Of a stretch of 64,000 nucleotides of DNA, positions 39,801 to 48,220 are shown piece by piece. The notes below the pieces were generated by a model, which was not told where the DNA came from, did not search any database, and saw only the letters and a list, made by a program, of their open reading frames with translations. Both the position numbers and the translations under genes were made by a program. The DNA is from an uncultured Actinomycetota bacterium. GTDB lineage: Bacteria > Actinomycetota > Actinomycetes > Propionibacteriales > Nocardioidaceae. Where the stretch lies: contig CAWIPI010000004.1 in NCBI GenBank assembly GCA_963837975.1, positions 247,791-311,790 of the forward strand. The letters are read 5' to 3'. The stretch's first letter is position 1. Each line of letters starts with the position of its first letter.

Positions 39801-39835
39801 TGGCGCCGCAGGGATTCCGAGCACAGGAGGAGCAC

Positions 39836-40183
39836 ATGACCACCGTCGAGCTGGGTGCGGAGAACTTCGAGCGCACCGTCACCGAGAACGAGATCGTCCT
39901 CGTCGACTTCTGGGCGTCCTGGTGCGGTCCCTGCCGCCAGTTCGCCCCCGTCTACGAGAAGGCCGCCGAGACGCACACCGACGTGGTGTTCGGCAAGGTC
40001 GACACCGAGGCCCAGCGCGAGCTCGCGGCTGCCGCACAGATCACCTCGATCCCCACGCTGATGGCCTTCAAGAAGGGCACGCTGGTGTTCGCCCAGCCGG
40101 GCGCGCTGCCCGCAGCGGCGCTGGAGCAGGTCATCGCCGCGGTGCGCGACCTCGACCCCGCCGAGCTCGAGAAGAGCGCCTGA
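39836..40183 (+). CDS. trxA: Thioredoxin
   Basis: DFWASWCGPC, SIPTL; RBS AGGAGG. Confidence 0.95.
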   Translation: MTTVELGAENFERTVTENEIVLVDFWASWCGPCRQFAPVYEKAAETHTDVVFGKVDTEAQRELAAAAQITSIPTLMAFKKGTLVFAQPGALPAAALEQVIAAVRDLDPAELEKSA

Positions 40184-40584
40184 TGGCCGGCTTCACCTTG
40201 TCGACCACGCTGCGGCGCGGCTACGACGACACGGTCGAGGCGGTGCGCGCCGGGCTCGCGGACCAGGGCTTCGGCGTGCTCACCGAGATCGACCTCAAGG
40301 CCACGCTGAAGAACAAGCTCGACGTGGACGTCGCTCCCCAGCTCATCCTGGGGGCGTGCCGCCCGCAGCTGGCCCACGAGGCGCTGCAGGTGGACCCGTC
40401 CATCGCGGCGGTGCTCCCGTGCAACGTCGTCGTGCGCTCCGTCGACGAGGCCACCACCGTGGTGGAGGCGTTCGACCCCGACGCGATGATGGGCCTCGCG
40501 GACAACGGTGCCCTGGACACCGTTGCCAAGGACGCGCGCGAGCGGCTCACCGCGATGCTCGCAGCGATCGAGAAGGACAGCTGA
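40183..40584 (+). CDS. DUF302 family protein
   Basis: GFGVLTEID, ILGACRP, LPCNVVV. Confidence 0.88.
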   Translation: MAGFTLSTTLRRGYDDTVEAVRAGLADQGFGVLTEIDLKATLKNKLDVDVAPQLILGACRPQLAHEALQVDPSIAAVLPCNVVVRSVDEATTVVEAFDPDAMMGLADNGALDTVAKDARERLTAMLAAIEKDS

Positions 40585-40847
40585 TGGAGCTCGATCCGGA
40601 CGGCCTCACGCCGATCATCAACCGCATCAAGCGGGCCCAGGGCCAGCTCGGGGGCGTGCTGCGCGCCCTCGAGGAGGGCCGGGAGTGCGAGGACGTCGTG
40701 ACCCAGCTCGCGGCCGTCTCCAAGGCGCTCGACCGCGCCGGCTTCGCCATCGTCGCCTCGGGTCTGCAGCAGTGCCTGGCCTCCGGCGACGATCTCGACG
40801 GGGTGGACGCGAAGAAGCTGGAGAAGCTGTTCCTCTCGCTGGCGTGA
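40584..40847 (+). CDS. CsoR/RcnR-family regulator (CstR-like, two Cys, no His)
   Basis: NRIKRAQGQL, ECEDVVTQLAAV, SGLQQC, LEKLFLSLA. Confidence 0.88.
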   Translation: MELDPDGLTPIINRIKRAQGQLGGVLRALEEGRECEDVVTQLAAVSKALDRAGFAIVASGLQQCLASGDDLDGVDAKKLEKLFLSLA

Positions 40848-40876
40848 GGCCCGCCGTTCGCTCCCTCCGGGGCCGT

Positions 40877-40912
40877 GTCCTGTCTCGGGTCCTGTTTCGG
40901 GTCCTGTTTCGG
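40877..40912 (+). repeat. 3 x 12-bp tandem repeat GTCCTGTYTCGG
   Basis: Read directly from the sequence. Confidence 0.85.
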
Positions 40913-41017
40913 GGCATCCGTCCCGGGTACCGAGACGGTGTCGTGCGGGATGACCCATTCCCGCGCGTGCATGTGCGGGCCCACCAGGCCTGCCCTCGAC
41001 GAACAGGAGAGTGAACG

Positions 41018-41296
41018 ATGGACATCATCGGCGTCATCATCGCGGGCATCATCATCGGCCTGCTCGGCAAGTTCGTCGCCCCCGGCGACAAGGACAACAT
41101 CCCGCTGTGGCTCACGGTCCTGTGCGGGATCGGCGGTGTCATCCTCGGCTGGTTCGTCTACAGCGCGTTCGGCGGCAACGGCAGCTCCGGCATCGACTGG
41201 GTGCGCTGGATCGTCGCGATCCTCGTCTCGGCCGTGCTCGTGGTCATCGCCTCGACCGTGACCGGCCGCAACACCGGCAGCCGCACTCGCGTCTGA
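41018..41296 (+). CDS. GlsB/YeaQ/YmgE family stress membrane protein
   Basis: GIIIGLLGKFVAPG, GIDWVRW; RBS AGGAG. Confidence 0.85.
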   Translation: MDIIGVIIAGIIIGLLGKFVAPGDKDNIPLWLTVLCGIGGVILGWFVYSAFGGNGSSGIDWVRWIVAILVSAVLVVIASTVTGRNTGSRTRV

Positions 41297-41378
41297 CCTC
41301 GCTGCATCAGCCGACGGCCTCATCCCTGCGGGGGTGGGGCCGTTCGCTGTCCCGGGCGCGGTGCCCCGCGCCCGCTCC

Positions 41379-41564
41379 TCAGGCGTGCAGGGCCGCGAAG
41401 GCGGCGTACACCATGTACGCCGGCCAGAAGATCCCCTGGAAGACGGCGTAGGCGTACTCCCAGAGCGCGTCCGCCTGCTGCCAGTAGTAGACCCACGCGC
41501 CGAAGATCCCGAGGCCGTAGATCGCCCCGCCGCCCGCTGCCGCGCCCGCGCCGTTGCCCGCCAT
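41379..41564 (-). CDS. Small hypothetical membrane protein (61 aa)
   Basis: GGAIYGLGIFGAWVYYWQQA...FWPAYMVY; RBS GGGAGG. Confidence 0.7.
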   Translation of the reverse strand: MAGNGAGAAAGGGAIYGLGIFGAWVYYWQQADALWEYAYAVFQGIFWPAYMVYAAFAALHA

Positions 41565-41637
41565 GAGGAACCTCCCGTCGTGGTGGATCCAGTGTGCTCC
41601 GAACTGAGCCTCCGTCCGAGGCGGCGGCTCGGCCGGG

Positions 41638-43137
41638 CTAGTGCGCAGCGAGCTCCCCGGTGAGCCGCCCGTGGCGCGCGGCGCTCGCGTCGTTGAGCCC
41701 GGTGATCTGCACGGACTTGCCCTTGCGGGCGTACTTGGTCGTGATCGCATCGAGCGCCGCGACCGTCGAGGCGTCCCAGACGTGCGACTCGCTGAGGTCG
41801 ATCACCACGCGCTGGGGGTCGTCGGCGTACTCGAACTGGGTGTAGAGGTCGTTGCTGGAGGCGAAGAACAGCTCGCCGGTGACGCGGTAGACCGCCACGT
41901 CCCCCTCGGCGTCCTGCGTCAGCTCGCGCTCGGTCTCGGTGAGGTGGGCGACGCGTCGCGCGAACAGCGTCATCGCCACCAGGACGCCCACGACGACTCC
42001 GACAGCCAGGTTGTGCGTGGCCACCGTGACGATCACGGTGGCGAGCATCACGGTCGTCTCCGACTTCGGCATCCGCCGCAGGGTCGCCGGACGGACCGAG
42101 TGCCAGTCGAAGGTGCCGACCGAGACCATGATCATCACCGCGACCAGTGCGGCCATCGGGATCAGGGCCACCACGTCGCCGAAGCCGACGACCAGGACCA
42201 GCAGGAAGACGCCGGCCAGGAACGTGGAGATCCGGGTGCGCGCCCCCGAGGCCTTCACGTTGATCATCGTCTGCCCGATCATCGCGCAGCCACCCATGCC
42301 GCCGAAGAACCCGGTGATCACGTTGGCCGCGCCCTGGCCCATCGCCTCGCGGGTCTTGTCGGAGTGGGTGTCGGTGATGTCGTCGACCAGCTTCGCCGTG
42401 AGCAGGGACTCCAGGATGCCGACGACAGCCATGGCGAGCGCGTAGGGGGCGATGATCCGGAGCGTCTCCGCACTGAACGGCACGTCGGGAACGAACCAGG
42501 CGGGCAGGCTGTCCGGCAGCCTGCCCTCGTCGCCGACGTTCGGTACGTCGAGGGCAGCCACCACCGTGAACGCGGTGAGCGCGACGATGGCGACCAGCGG
42601 CGCCGGGACCACGCGGTTGACGCGGGGGAAGCCCACGATGACGGCGATGCCCACGGCGATCATCGGGTAGACCGCCCACGGCACCCCCAGGAGGTGGCCG
42701 ACCTGGGCCTCGAAGATGAGGATCGCCAGGGCGTTGACGAACCCGACCATGACCGAGCGCGGGATGAACCGCATCAGCCGCGCGACGCCGACGACCGCGA
42801 GGACGACCTGGATGAGCCCGCCCAGCAGTACTGTCGCGATGAGGTAGTCGTAACCGTGGTCGCGCATCACCGGTGCGATGACCAGGGCGATGGCCCCCGT
42901 CGCCGCGGAGATCATGGCCGGCCGGCCGCCGAGGAACGAGATCGCGACGGCCATCGTGAACGAGGCGAACAGCCCCACCCGCGGGTCGACGCCGGCGATG
43001 ATCGAGAACGAGATCGCCTCGGGGATCAGGGCCAGGGCGACGACGAGCCCTGCGAGCACCTCGGTGCGCAGCAACCGTGGGGAGCGCAGGGCGGAGCGGA
43101 CGCTGGGCTCGGGACTGTGTGGCGCGTCAGTGCGCAC
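41638..43137 (-). CDS. SulP family anion transporter with STAS domain
   Basis: ALIPEAISF, GGRPAMIS, ESLLTA, GGCAMIGQT, GELFFAS. Confidence 0.93.
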   Translation of the reverse strand: MRTDAPHSPEPSVRSALRSPRLLRTEVLAGLVVALALIPEAISFSIIAGVDPRVGLFASFTMAVAISFLGGRPAMISAATGAIALVIAPVMRDHGYDYLIATVLLGGLIQVVLAVVGVARLMRFIPRSVMVGFVNALAILIFEAQVGHLLGVPWAVYPMIAVGIAVIVGFPRVNRVVPAPLVAIVALTAFTVVAALDVPNVGDEGRLPDSLPAWFVPDVPFSAETLRIIAPYALAMAVVGILESLLTAKLVDDITDTHSDKTREAMGQGAANVITGFFGGMGGCAMIGQTMINVKASGARTRISTFLAGVFLLVLVVGFGDVVALIPMAALVAVMIMVSVGTFDWHSVRPATLRRMPKSETTVMLATVIVTVATHNLAVGVVVGVLVAMTLFARRVAHLTETERELTQDAEGDVAVYRVTGELFFASSNDLYTQFEYADDPQRVVIDLSESHVWDASTVAALDAITTKYARKGKSVQITGLNDASAARHGRLTGELAAH

Positions 43138-43248
43138 GAGTGACTCCGTTCGGGGCAGGGTGAGGAGGAAGAGGTGGTTCGCCGAGGGGAGGCGCACATC
43201 TCCGGATGCGCAGACCCGTCCGGGCCGGTCGACGTCGACGGCGACTCT

Positions 43249-43269
43249 ACCCTCACGTATCGTGAGGGT
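43249..43269. promoter_or_regulatory. MerR-type operator palindrome
   Basis: ACCCTCACG-TAT-CGTGAGGGT, inside a long-spacer promoter (-10 TAGAGT) facing sulP. Confidence 0.7.
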
Positions 43270-43300
43270 TGAAATCCTGCCGACGTGAGAGAGCCCACGA

Positions 43301-43720
43301 GTGAGTGACCAGCCCCCGGCGCATCGACCCGACGACGACGGCCCGGCCGTGCTGCAGATCGGGGAGGTCGCGGCACGCACCGAGCTGTCGCTGCGCAGCC
43401 TTCGCCACTGGGAGGAGGTGGGGCTCCTGCGCCCCTCCGGCCGCTCTGCGGGCGGGTTCCGGCTCTACACCGAGGCCGACGTAGAGAAGGTGTTGGTGAT
43501 CCGTCGCATGAAGCCGCTGGGCTTCACCCTCGAGGAGATGGGCGTCGCGATGCGCGACATCGAGACCTTGCGCGACTCCGGTGCCGCCGAGGGGCGCGCC
43601 GCGGCGAGGGAGCGGCTCGCCCTCTTGCTGGCGCAGGCGGGAGAGCGGCGCGAGAAGCTGGAGCGCCAGGTCGCCATGGCCGACGAGTTCATCGCCCAGC
43701 TGGGCCTGCAGCTGGCCTGA
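43301..43720 (+). CDS. MerR family transcriptional regulator
   Basis: QIGEVAARTELSLRSLRHWEEVGLL...SAGGFRLY, KPLGFTLEEM. Confidence 0.92.
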   Translation: MSDQPPAHRPDDDGPAVLQIGEVAARTELSLRSLRHWEEVGLLRPSGRSAGGFRLYTEADVEKVLVIRRMKPLGFTLEEMGVAMRDIETLRDSGAAEGRAAARERLALLLAQAGERREKLERQVAMADEFIAQLGLQLA

Positions 43721-43741
43721 GGGGGTCGCGTCGCGCGGGGA

Positions 43742-44107
43742 TCAGGCTTCGGCGTGCCGGTGGTGGTGCTCGGCGTCGCGAGGGACGCGATCGGCGGCGT
43801 GGTCGGCATGGTCGAGGGCCTCGCCCAGCAGGCGCTGCACGTGGTTGTTGGCGGCCGAGTAGTAGGCGAAGGTTCCCTCCCGGCGCACGCTGACAAGTCC
43901 GGACAGGCGCAGCTTCGCGAGGTGCTGGCTCACCACCGAGGGGCTCGCGTCCACGAGGTCGGCCAGGCAGTTGACCGAGGACTCGCCCTGGAGCAGGGCC
44001 CAGAGGATCTTGATGCGACGCGGGTCGCTGAGCATGCGGAAGGCGGCAGCGGCGATCTCGACGTCGCCGTCGTCGGGCATGCGGAAGCCGGGGATGTCGT
44101 CGTGCAC
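43742..44107 (-). CDS. ArsR/SmtB family metalloregulator
   Basis: FRMLSDPRRIKIL, VSQHLAKLR, C-terminal DHADH...HHHRH. Confidence 0.9.
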   Translation of the reverse strand: MHDDIPGFRMPDDGDVEIAAAAFRMLSDPRRIKILWALLQGESSVNCLADLVDASPSVVSQHLAKLRLSGLVSVRREGTFAYYSAANNHVQRLLGEALDHADHAADRVPRDAEHHHRHAEA

Positions 44108-44114
44108 GGGCCCA

Positions 44115-44145
44115 GCATAGACTTGCATACCTGCGTGTCTATGCA
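44115..44145. promoter_or_regulatory. Putative ArsR operator between divergent arsR and CDF
   Basis: GCATAGAC-N14-GTCTATGC and overlapping TGCATA-N10-TATGCA inverted repeats. Confidence 0.6.
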
Positions 44146-44158
44146 GATACTCAGCCAG

Positions 44159-44842
44159 GTGAGCCACGACCCCTCCTCGAACCGCGCACCTGCGGCCCGC
44201 GACCAGCACGACCACCACCACGACGGTCACGGTCACAGCCACGGGCTGGTGGACCCCTCCATCGTGCGGTCACGCGAAGGGGTCAAGGCGGTCGCCTGGA
44301 GCCTGCTCGTGCTGGTGCTGACGGCCGTGGCCCAGGCGCTCGTGTTCGCCGTCAGCGACAGCGTCGCCCTGCTGACCGACGTCATCCACAACGGCGGTGA
44401 CGCCCTGACGGCCCTGCCCCTGGGGGCCGCCTTCCTCCTCCGCAGCGCCGTGGCGGAGCGGTGGGCGGGGTACGCCGTCGTGGTCGTGATCCTCGCCAGT
44501 GCGCTCATCGCCCTGGTGGAGGTGGTCGACCGGTTCCTGCACCCGCAGACACCGGGGAACCTGTGGGCCCTGCTCGTGGCCGGCATCGTCGGCGTGGTCG
44601 GAAACGAGGTCGCGGCGGTGATCCGGTGGCGGGCCGGACGACGGCTGGACAGCCCCGCGCTGGTCGCGGACGGCAACCACGCCCGCGTCGACGGCTACGT
44701 CAGCGGCGGTATCGTGCTGAGCTGCCTCTTCCTCGCCCTCGGCCTTCCCCTCGCCGACCCGATCATCGGCCTCCTCATCACCGCGCTGATCTTCCACGCG
44801 ACCTGGGACTCCTGGCGCACGATCAGGGGTGCCGAGCACTGA
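44159..44842 (+). CDS. Cation diffusion facilitator metal exporter lacking the C-terminal domain
   Basis: His-rich N-terminus QHDHHHDGHGHSHG, SVALLTDVIHNGGD, SPALVADGNHARVD, ADPIIG. Confidence 0.88.
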   Translation: MSHDPSSNRAPAARDQHDHHHDGHGHSHGLVDPSIVRSREGVKAVAWSLLVLVLTAVAQALVFAVSDSVALLTDVIHNGGDALTALPLGAAFLLRSAVAERWAGYAVVVVILASALIALVEVVDRFLHPQTPGNLWALLVAGIVGVVGNEVAAVIRWRAGRRLDSPALVADGNHARVDGYVSGGIVLSCLFLALGLPLADPIIGLLITALIFHATWDSWRTIRGAEH

Positions 44843-44978
44843 TGGTGGGGGGTGCCGGTCCGCTGGAGCGTGCCATCGGAGAGGCGTCGCATGCCCGCCG
44901 GGGTGTGCGGGTACCGCCGCCGCGTGCCCAGCCCAGGCGCTGTCGTCTCGGTGAACCGGTTCGAAGGGAGCGAGTGTC

Positions 44979-45323
44979 GTGTACACCGGCCTGATCGCCC
45001 TGCTCGTGGCTGTCCTGATCGTCGTGGCGCTGACCTACGGCCTGCACCAGCTCGTGGCGCTGTCGAGGGACCCGCTGGTCGTGCTGCCCCACCAGTCCGG
45101 CTGGCAGCCCGCCGAGCACGCCCTCTCGCGGTACCACGTGCGTTGGTATCTCGCGACGCTGGTGTTCCTCGCCTTCGACGTCGAGATGCTCTTCATGTAC
45201 CCCTGGGCGGTGGTGGTCGCCGAGCTCGGCGCGACCGCCGTGCTCGAGATGTTCCTGTTCCTCGGCGGCCTCTTCGTCGCGGTGGTGTGGGCCTGGCGTG
45301 AGGGGGCGTTGCGGTGGGTCTGA
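44979..45323 (+). CDS. nuoA: NuoA-like subunit
   Basis: WYLATLVFLAFDVEMLFMYPWA, WAWREGALRW; loop has HQSG in place of YECG. Confidence 0.85.
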   Translation: MYTGLIALLVAVLIVVALTYGLHQLVALSRDPLVVLPHQSGWQPAEHALSRYHVRWYLATLVFLAFDVEMLFMYPWAVVVAELGATAVLEMFLFLGGLFVAVVWAWREGALRWV

Positions 45324-46393
45324 CCGACTGGCTCGCGCGCCTCGCCGTGAAGCACGCGCACGTCCTCGTGGTCGAGGTCCCCGGGGAATGGCGAACGCGA
45401 GCTGCCGTCGAGCGTGCCGCCCTCGCGCGCGGGTGGCGACTGGCGCTCTCCCCGGCGGACGCCGACGTCCTCGCGGTCTGCGGTGAGCCCGGACCGCAGC
45501 TCGCGGAGGCGGTCGGCCTCGTGTGGCACCAGCTGCCCGGCCCGCGGGTCCACGTCGTCGTACGCCGGCACGACGAGGCGGCGATGCGGCTCGATGAGGC
45601 GGCCGGCGACCTCGTGGACGATGCCCGCCACCGGGACGACGCCCGCAGCCGCCCCTCCGCTGCGGACCTGCTCGGCGACATGGACCACGGCGACATGGAC
45701 CACGGCGACATGGAGATGGCGCCAGGCGGGATCGCGCTCGCCGAGGGCGCCGAGGACCGCGACGGGCTCGAGATGGACGTCCTCCACGTGCGCCTCGGGC
45801 CGGTGCTGCCGTACTGGCCGGGCGGGCTGGTCCTGGACTGCACCCTGCACGGCGACGTCGTCGCCGAGGCGAGCGCGCAGGTGCTGGACGTCGAGCTGCC
45901 CTCCGGGCCGCTCCGCGACGGGGCTGTCGCCTCGCCCGCCCGCCGGATGGACAACCTCGCCGCGCTGCTGGCGCTCGCCGGCTGGGACGACGCCGCGGCA
46001 GAGGCGCGCACCATCCGCGATCTCGTCCTCGACGACGCGGAGACGGCCATGGTGAGCGACCGGGTCGAAGCCCTCGCCCGCCGGGTCCGCCGGTCGCGGG
46101 TGCTGCGTCGGTCCCTGCGCGGCGTCCGTCCGATCCGTGCGGAGGATCTCCGGAGGCGGGGCCTGCCCGCCGACCTGGCCGGTGACACCCACGACCGGCT
46201 CCTTCGGCTGCTCGAGCGCTCGGTCCGGGACGCGGTCGCAGGTGGAGCCGAGGAGCACGCCGCCGTGACGCCCGACCACCTGCCCGAGGTTCTCCGCGGT
46301 CTCGACCTGGCCGCGGTCCGGCTGGTCGTGGCCAGCCTCGACCTCGGCGAGCTGCGCACCGACCGGGCCGGGGAGGAGGCGTCGCATGGCTGA
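45314..46393 (+). CDS. Degenerate NuoB-like/NuoD-like fusion with His/Met linker
   Basis: SPADADVLAVCG...VWHQLPGPR (NuoB-like); LGPVLP...LHGDVV, GDTHDRL, LPEVLRGLDLAAVRLVVASLD (NuoD-like); only 2 Cys. Confidence 0.65.
   Translation: MGLTDWLARLAVKHAHVLVVEVPGEWRTRAAVERAALARGWRLALSPADADVLAVCGEPGPQLAEAVGLVWHQLPGPRVHVVVRRHDEAAMRLDEAAGDLVDDARHRDDARSRPSAADLLGDMDHGDMDHGDMEMAPGGIALAEGAEDRDGLEMDVLHVRLGPVLPYWPGGLVLDCTLHGDVVAEASAQVLDVELPSGPLRDGAVASPARRMDNLAALLALAGWDDAAAEARTIRDLVLDDAETAMVSDRVEALARRVRRSRVLRRSLRGVRPIRAEDLRRRGLPADLAGDTHDRLLRLLERSVRDAVAGGAEEHAAVTPDHLPEVLRGLDLAAVRLVVASLDLGELRTDRAGEEASHG
45674..45714 (+). repeat. 15-bp tandem repeat encoding (GDMDH)2 GDME
   Basis: GGCGACATGGACCAC x2 plus a partial third copy. 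Confidence 0.85.
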
Positions 46394-47348
46394 CCACTCG
46401 TGGACCAGCCACGTCGTCCTGTCCGGGACCTCCGCCGTCGGCGCCGGGTGGGCGTGGGTGGCCCTGGTCCTCCTCGGCGCCCTGGTGCTGTTCGCGGCCG
46501 CCCTCGACGGCGTCCTGTCCGCGCGCGCGAACGGCGCTCCGGCCCGGGTCTCGCGACCCCTCGGCGAGGTCGCACGGCTGCTGCGGCAGCGCCGACGGAC
46601 GACGGTGGAGGCCGACCGCCTGCTGTGGCGCACGGGCGGCGCGGGGCTCCTCGTCGCAGCGGCGCTGATGCTCGCGGTGGTGCCGCTGGGGAGCTGGACG
46701 GTCCTCGACCTCGACGTGGGCGTGGTGTGGTTCAACGCGATGGACGTGGGGGTCTGGGCGCTCGTGTGGCTGGCCGGCTGGGGGGCGAACTCGGCGTACT
46801 CGCTGGTCGGCGGCTACCGGTTCCTGGCGCACGGCCTGGGCTACGAGCTGCCGTTGATGTTCGCCCTGGTCGCGCCGGCCATCGCCGCGGAGAGCCTCGA
46901 CGTCGGCCAGGTGGCGGCGGCCCAGGAGGGGCTGTGGTTCGCCGTCTGGATGCCGGTTGCCTTCCTCGTCTACCTCCTCGGCGTCGTCGCCTTCTCCGTC
47001 AGCGGACCGTTCGCGCCCGCCGCCGGTGCGGACCTCGCCGGGGGCGTGAGAGCCGAGCTGTCCGGACCCGACCGGCTGCTGTTCGAGGCCGGCCGCTACG
47101 CGCTCCTGGTGGCGGGTGCGGCGTTCGCCGTGCCGATGTTCCTCGGCGGCGGCGCGGGGCCGTTGCTGCCGGGCTGGCTGTGGGTGCTGCTCAAGACGGC
47201 GGCGCTGCTCGTGGCCCTGGTGTGGTGGCGCCGGCGGGTCCCGGCGCTGCGCCCGGACACCTTCATGGAGCTCGGCTGGATGGTGCTCCTTCCGGCCGTG
47301 CTCGCGCAGGACCTGGTCGTGGCCGTGGTGGCGGCGGGGAGGGGATGA
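46386..47348 (+). CDS. nuoH: NuoH-like subunit
   Basis: AGWGANSAYSLVGGYR, LGYELP, ELSG, MFLGGG, LLKTA, LRPDTFMELGW. Confidence 0.85.
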   Translation: MADHSWTSHVVLSGTSAVGAGWAWVALVLLGALVLFAAALDGVLSARANGAPARVSRPLGEVARLLRQRRRTTVEADRLLWRTGGAGLLVAAALMLAVVPLGSWTVLDLDVGVVWFNAMDVGVWALVWLAGWGANSAYSLVGGYRFLAHGLGYELPLMFALVAPAIAAESLDVGQVAAAQEGLWFAVWMPVAFLVYLLGVVAFSVSGPFAPAAGADLAGGVRAELSGPDRLLFEAGRYALLVAGAAFAVPMFLGGGAGPLLPGWLWVLLKTAALLVALVWWRRRVPALRPDTFMELGWMVLLPAVLAQDLVVAVVAAGRG

Positions 47349-47914
47349 GGATGCTGCTGGACATCGCCTTCTGGGCGCTCGGGGTCGTCGCGGTCCTGGC
47401 GGGGGCGGCGGTCTTCTACGTCGACTCGATGGCACGGGCGACGTACGCCCTGGCCCTCTCCTTCGTCGCCGTCGGGGTGATGGTGCTGTTCCTGCAGCAG
47501 AACTACGTCGGCGTGGTGACCATCCTGATGATGGTGATGGAGATGGCGATCATGGCCGTCTACATGGTCATGTTCATGGGGATGAACCCCGCGCTGATGC
47601 CGATGAGCATGGTGCACGGCAAGAGGACGTCGCTCGTGCTCGCCGGGGTCACCTTCCTGGTGCTGGCTGCGGGCATCCTGCTCGTCGACTGGCCGGACCG
47701 GCGCGGGGTGCCGGCCGAGGACGTCACGCGCGCCCTGGGGCAGGACGTGATGGGTCCGCACATGCTCGTGATGGCGGTGATCAGCCCGGTCATGGTGGCC
47801 ACGATCGTGGCGGGGGTGGTGCTGGCCTCGCACCGCAGCAGGTACGACCGACTCGGCGACGACCTGTCGGGACGACCGCCGCGGGACCCCCAGTCGGGAG
47901 GTGTCGGACGATGA
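47345..47914 (+). CDS. nuoJ: NuoJ-like subunit, Met-rich
   Basis: Position between H and K, TM pattern, ALG...VATIVAGVVLA tail; TM3 = ILMMVMEMAIMAVYMVMFMGM. Confidence 0.75.
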   Translation: MRMLLDIAFWALGVVAVLAGAAVFYVDSMARATYALALSFVAVGVMVLFLQQNYVGVVTILMMVMEMAIMAVYMVMFMGMNPALMPMSMVHGKRTSLVLAGVTFLVLAAGILLVDWPDRRGVPAEDVTRALGQDVMGPHMLVMAVISPVMVATIVAGVVLASHRSRYDRLGDDLSGRPPRDPQSGGVGR

Positions 47915-48213
47915 CCCTGGAGGCAACGCTGCTGGTCGCCGCGGCGATCTTCGCCGTCGGCCTGTACGGCGCGATCTCGCAGCAGGTCGTCGTGATGGTG
48001 ATGATGGGCCTGGAGCTGATGATCAACGCCGTGATCCTGGCGGCCGCAGGGTTCTGGTGGTTCCTCGCCCCCCAACCCACCGGACAGGTGCTCCTGCTGG
48101 TGGTCATCGCGGCGATGACGCTCGAGATGGCGATGGGGTTCGCCGTCGCGACCCTCCTGCACCGGGAGCGGGGCTCGGACATGACCGACATGGCGACGGA
48201 TCTCTCGGGGTGA
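47911..48213 (+). CDS. nuoK: NuoK-like subunit, Met-rich
   Basis: GLYGA, GLELMINA, LEMAMGFA. Confidence 0.85.
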   Translation: MTLEATLLVAAAIFAVGLYGAISQQVVVMVMMGLELMINAVILAAAGFWWFLAPQPTGQVLLLVVIAAMTLEMAMGFAVATLLHRERGSDMTDMATDLSG

Positions 48214-48220
48214 GCCGCCG

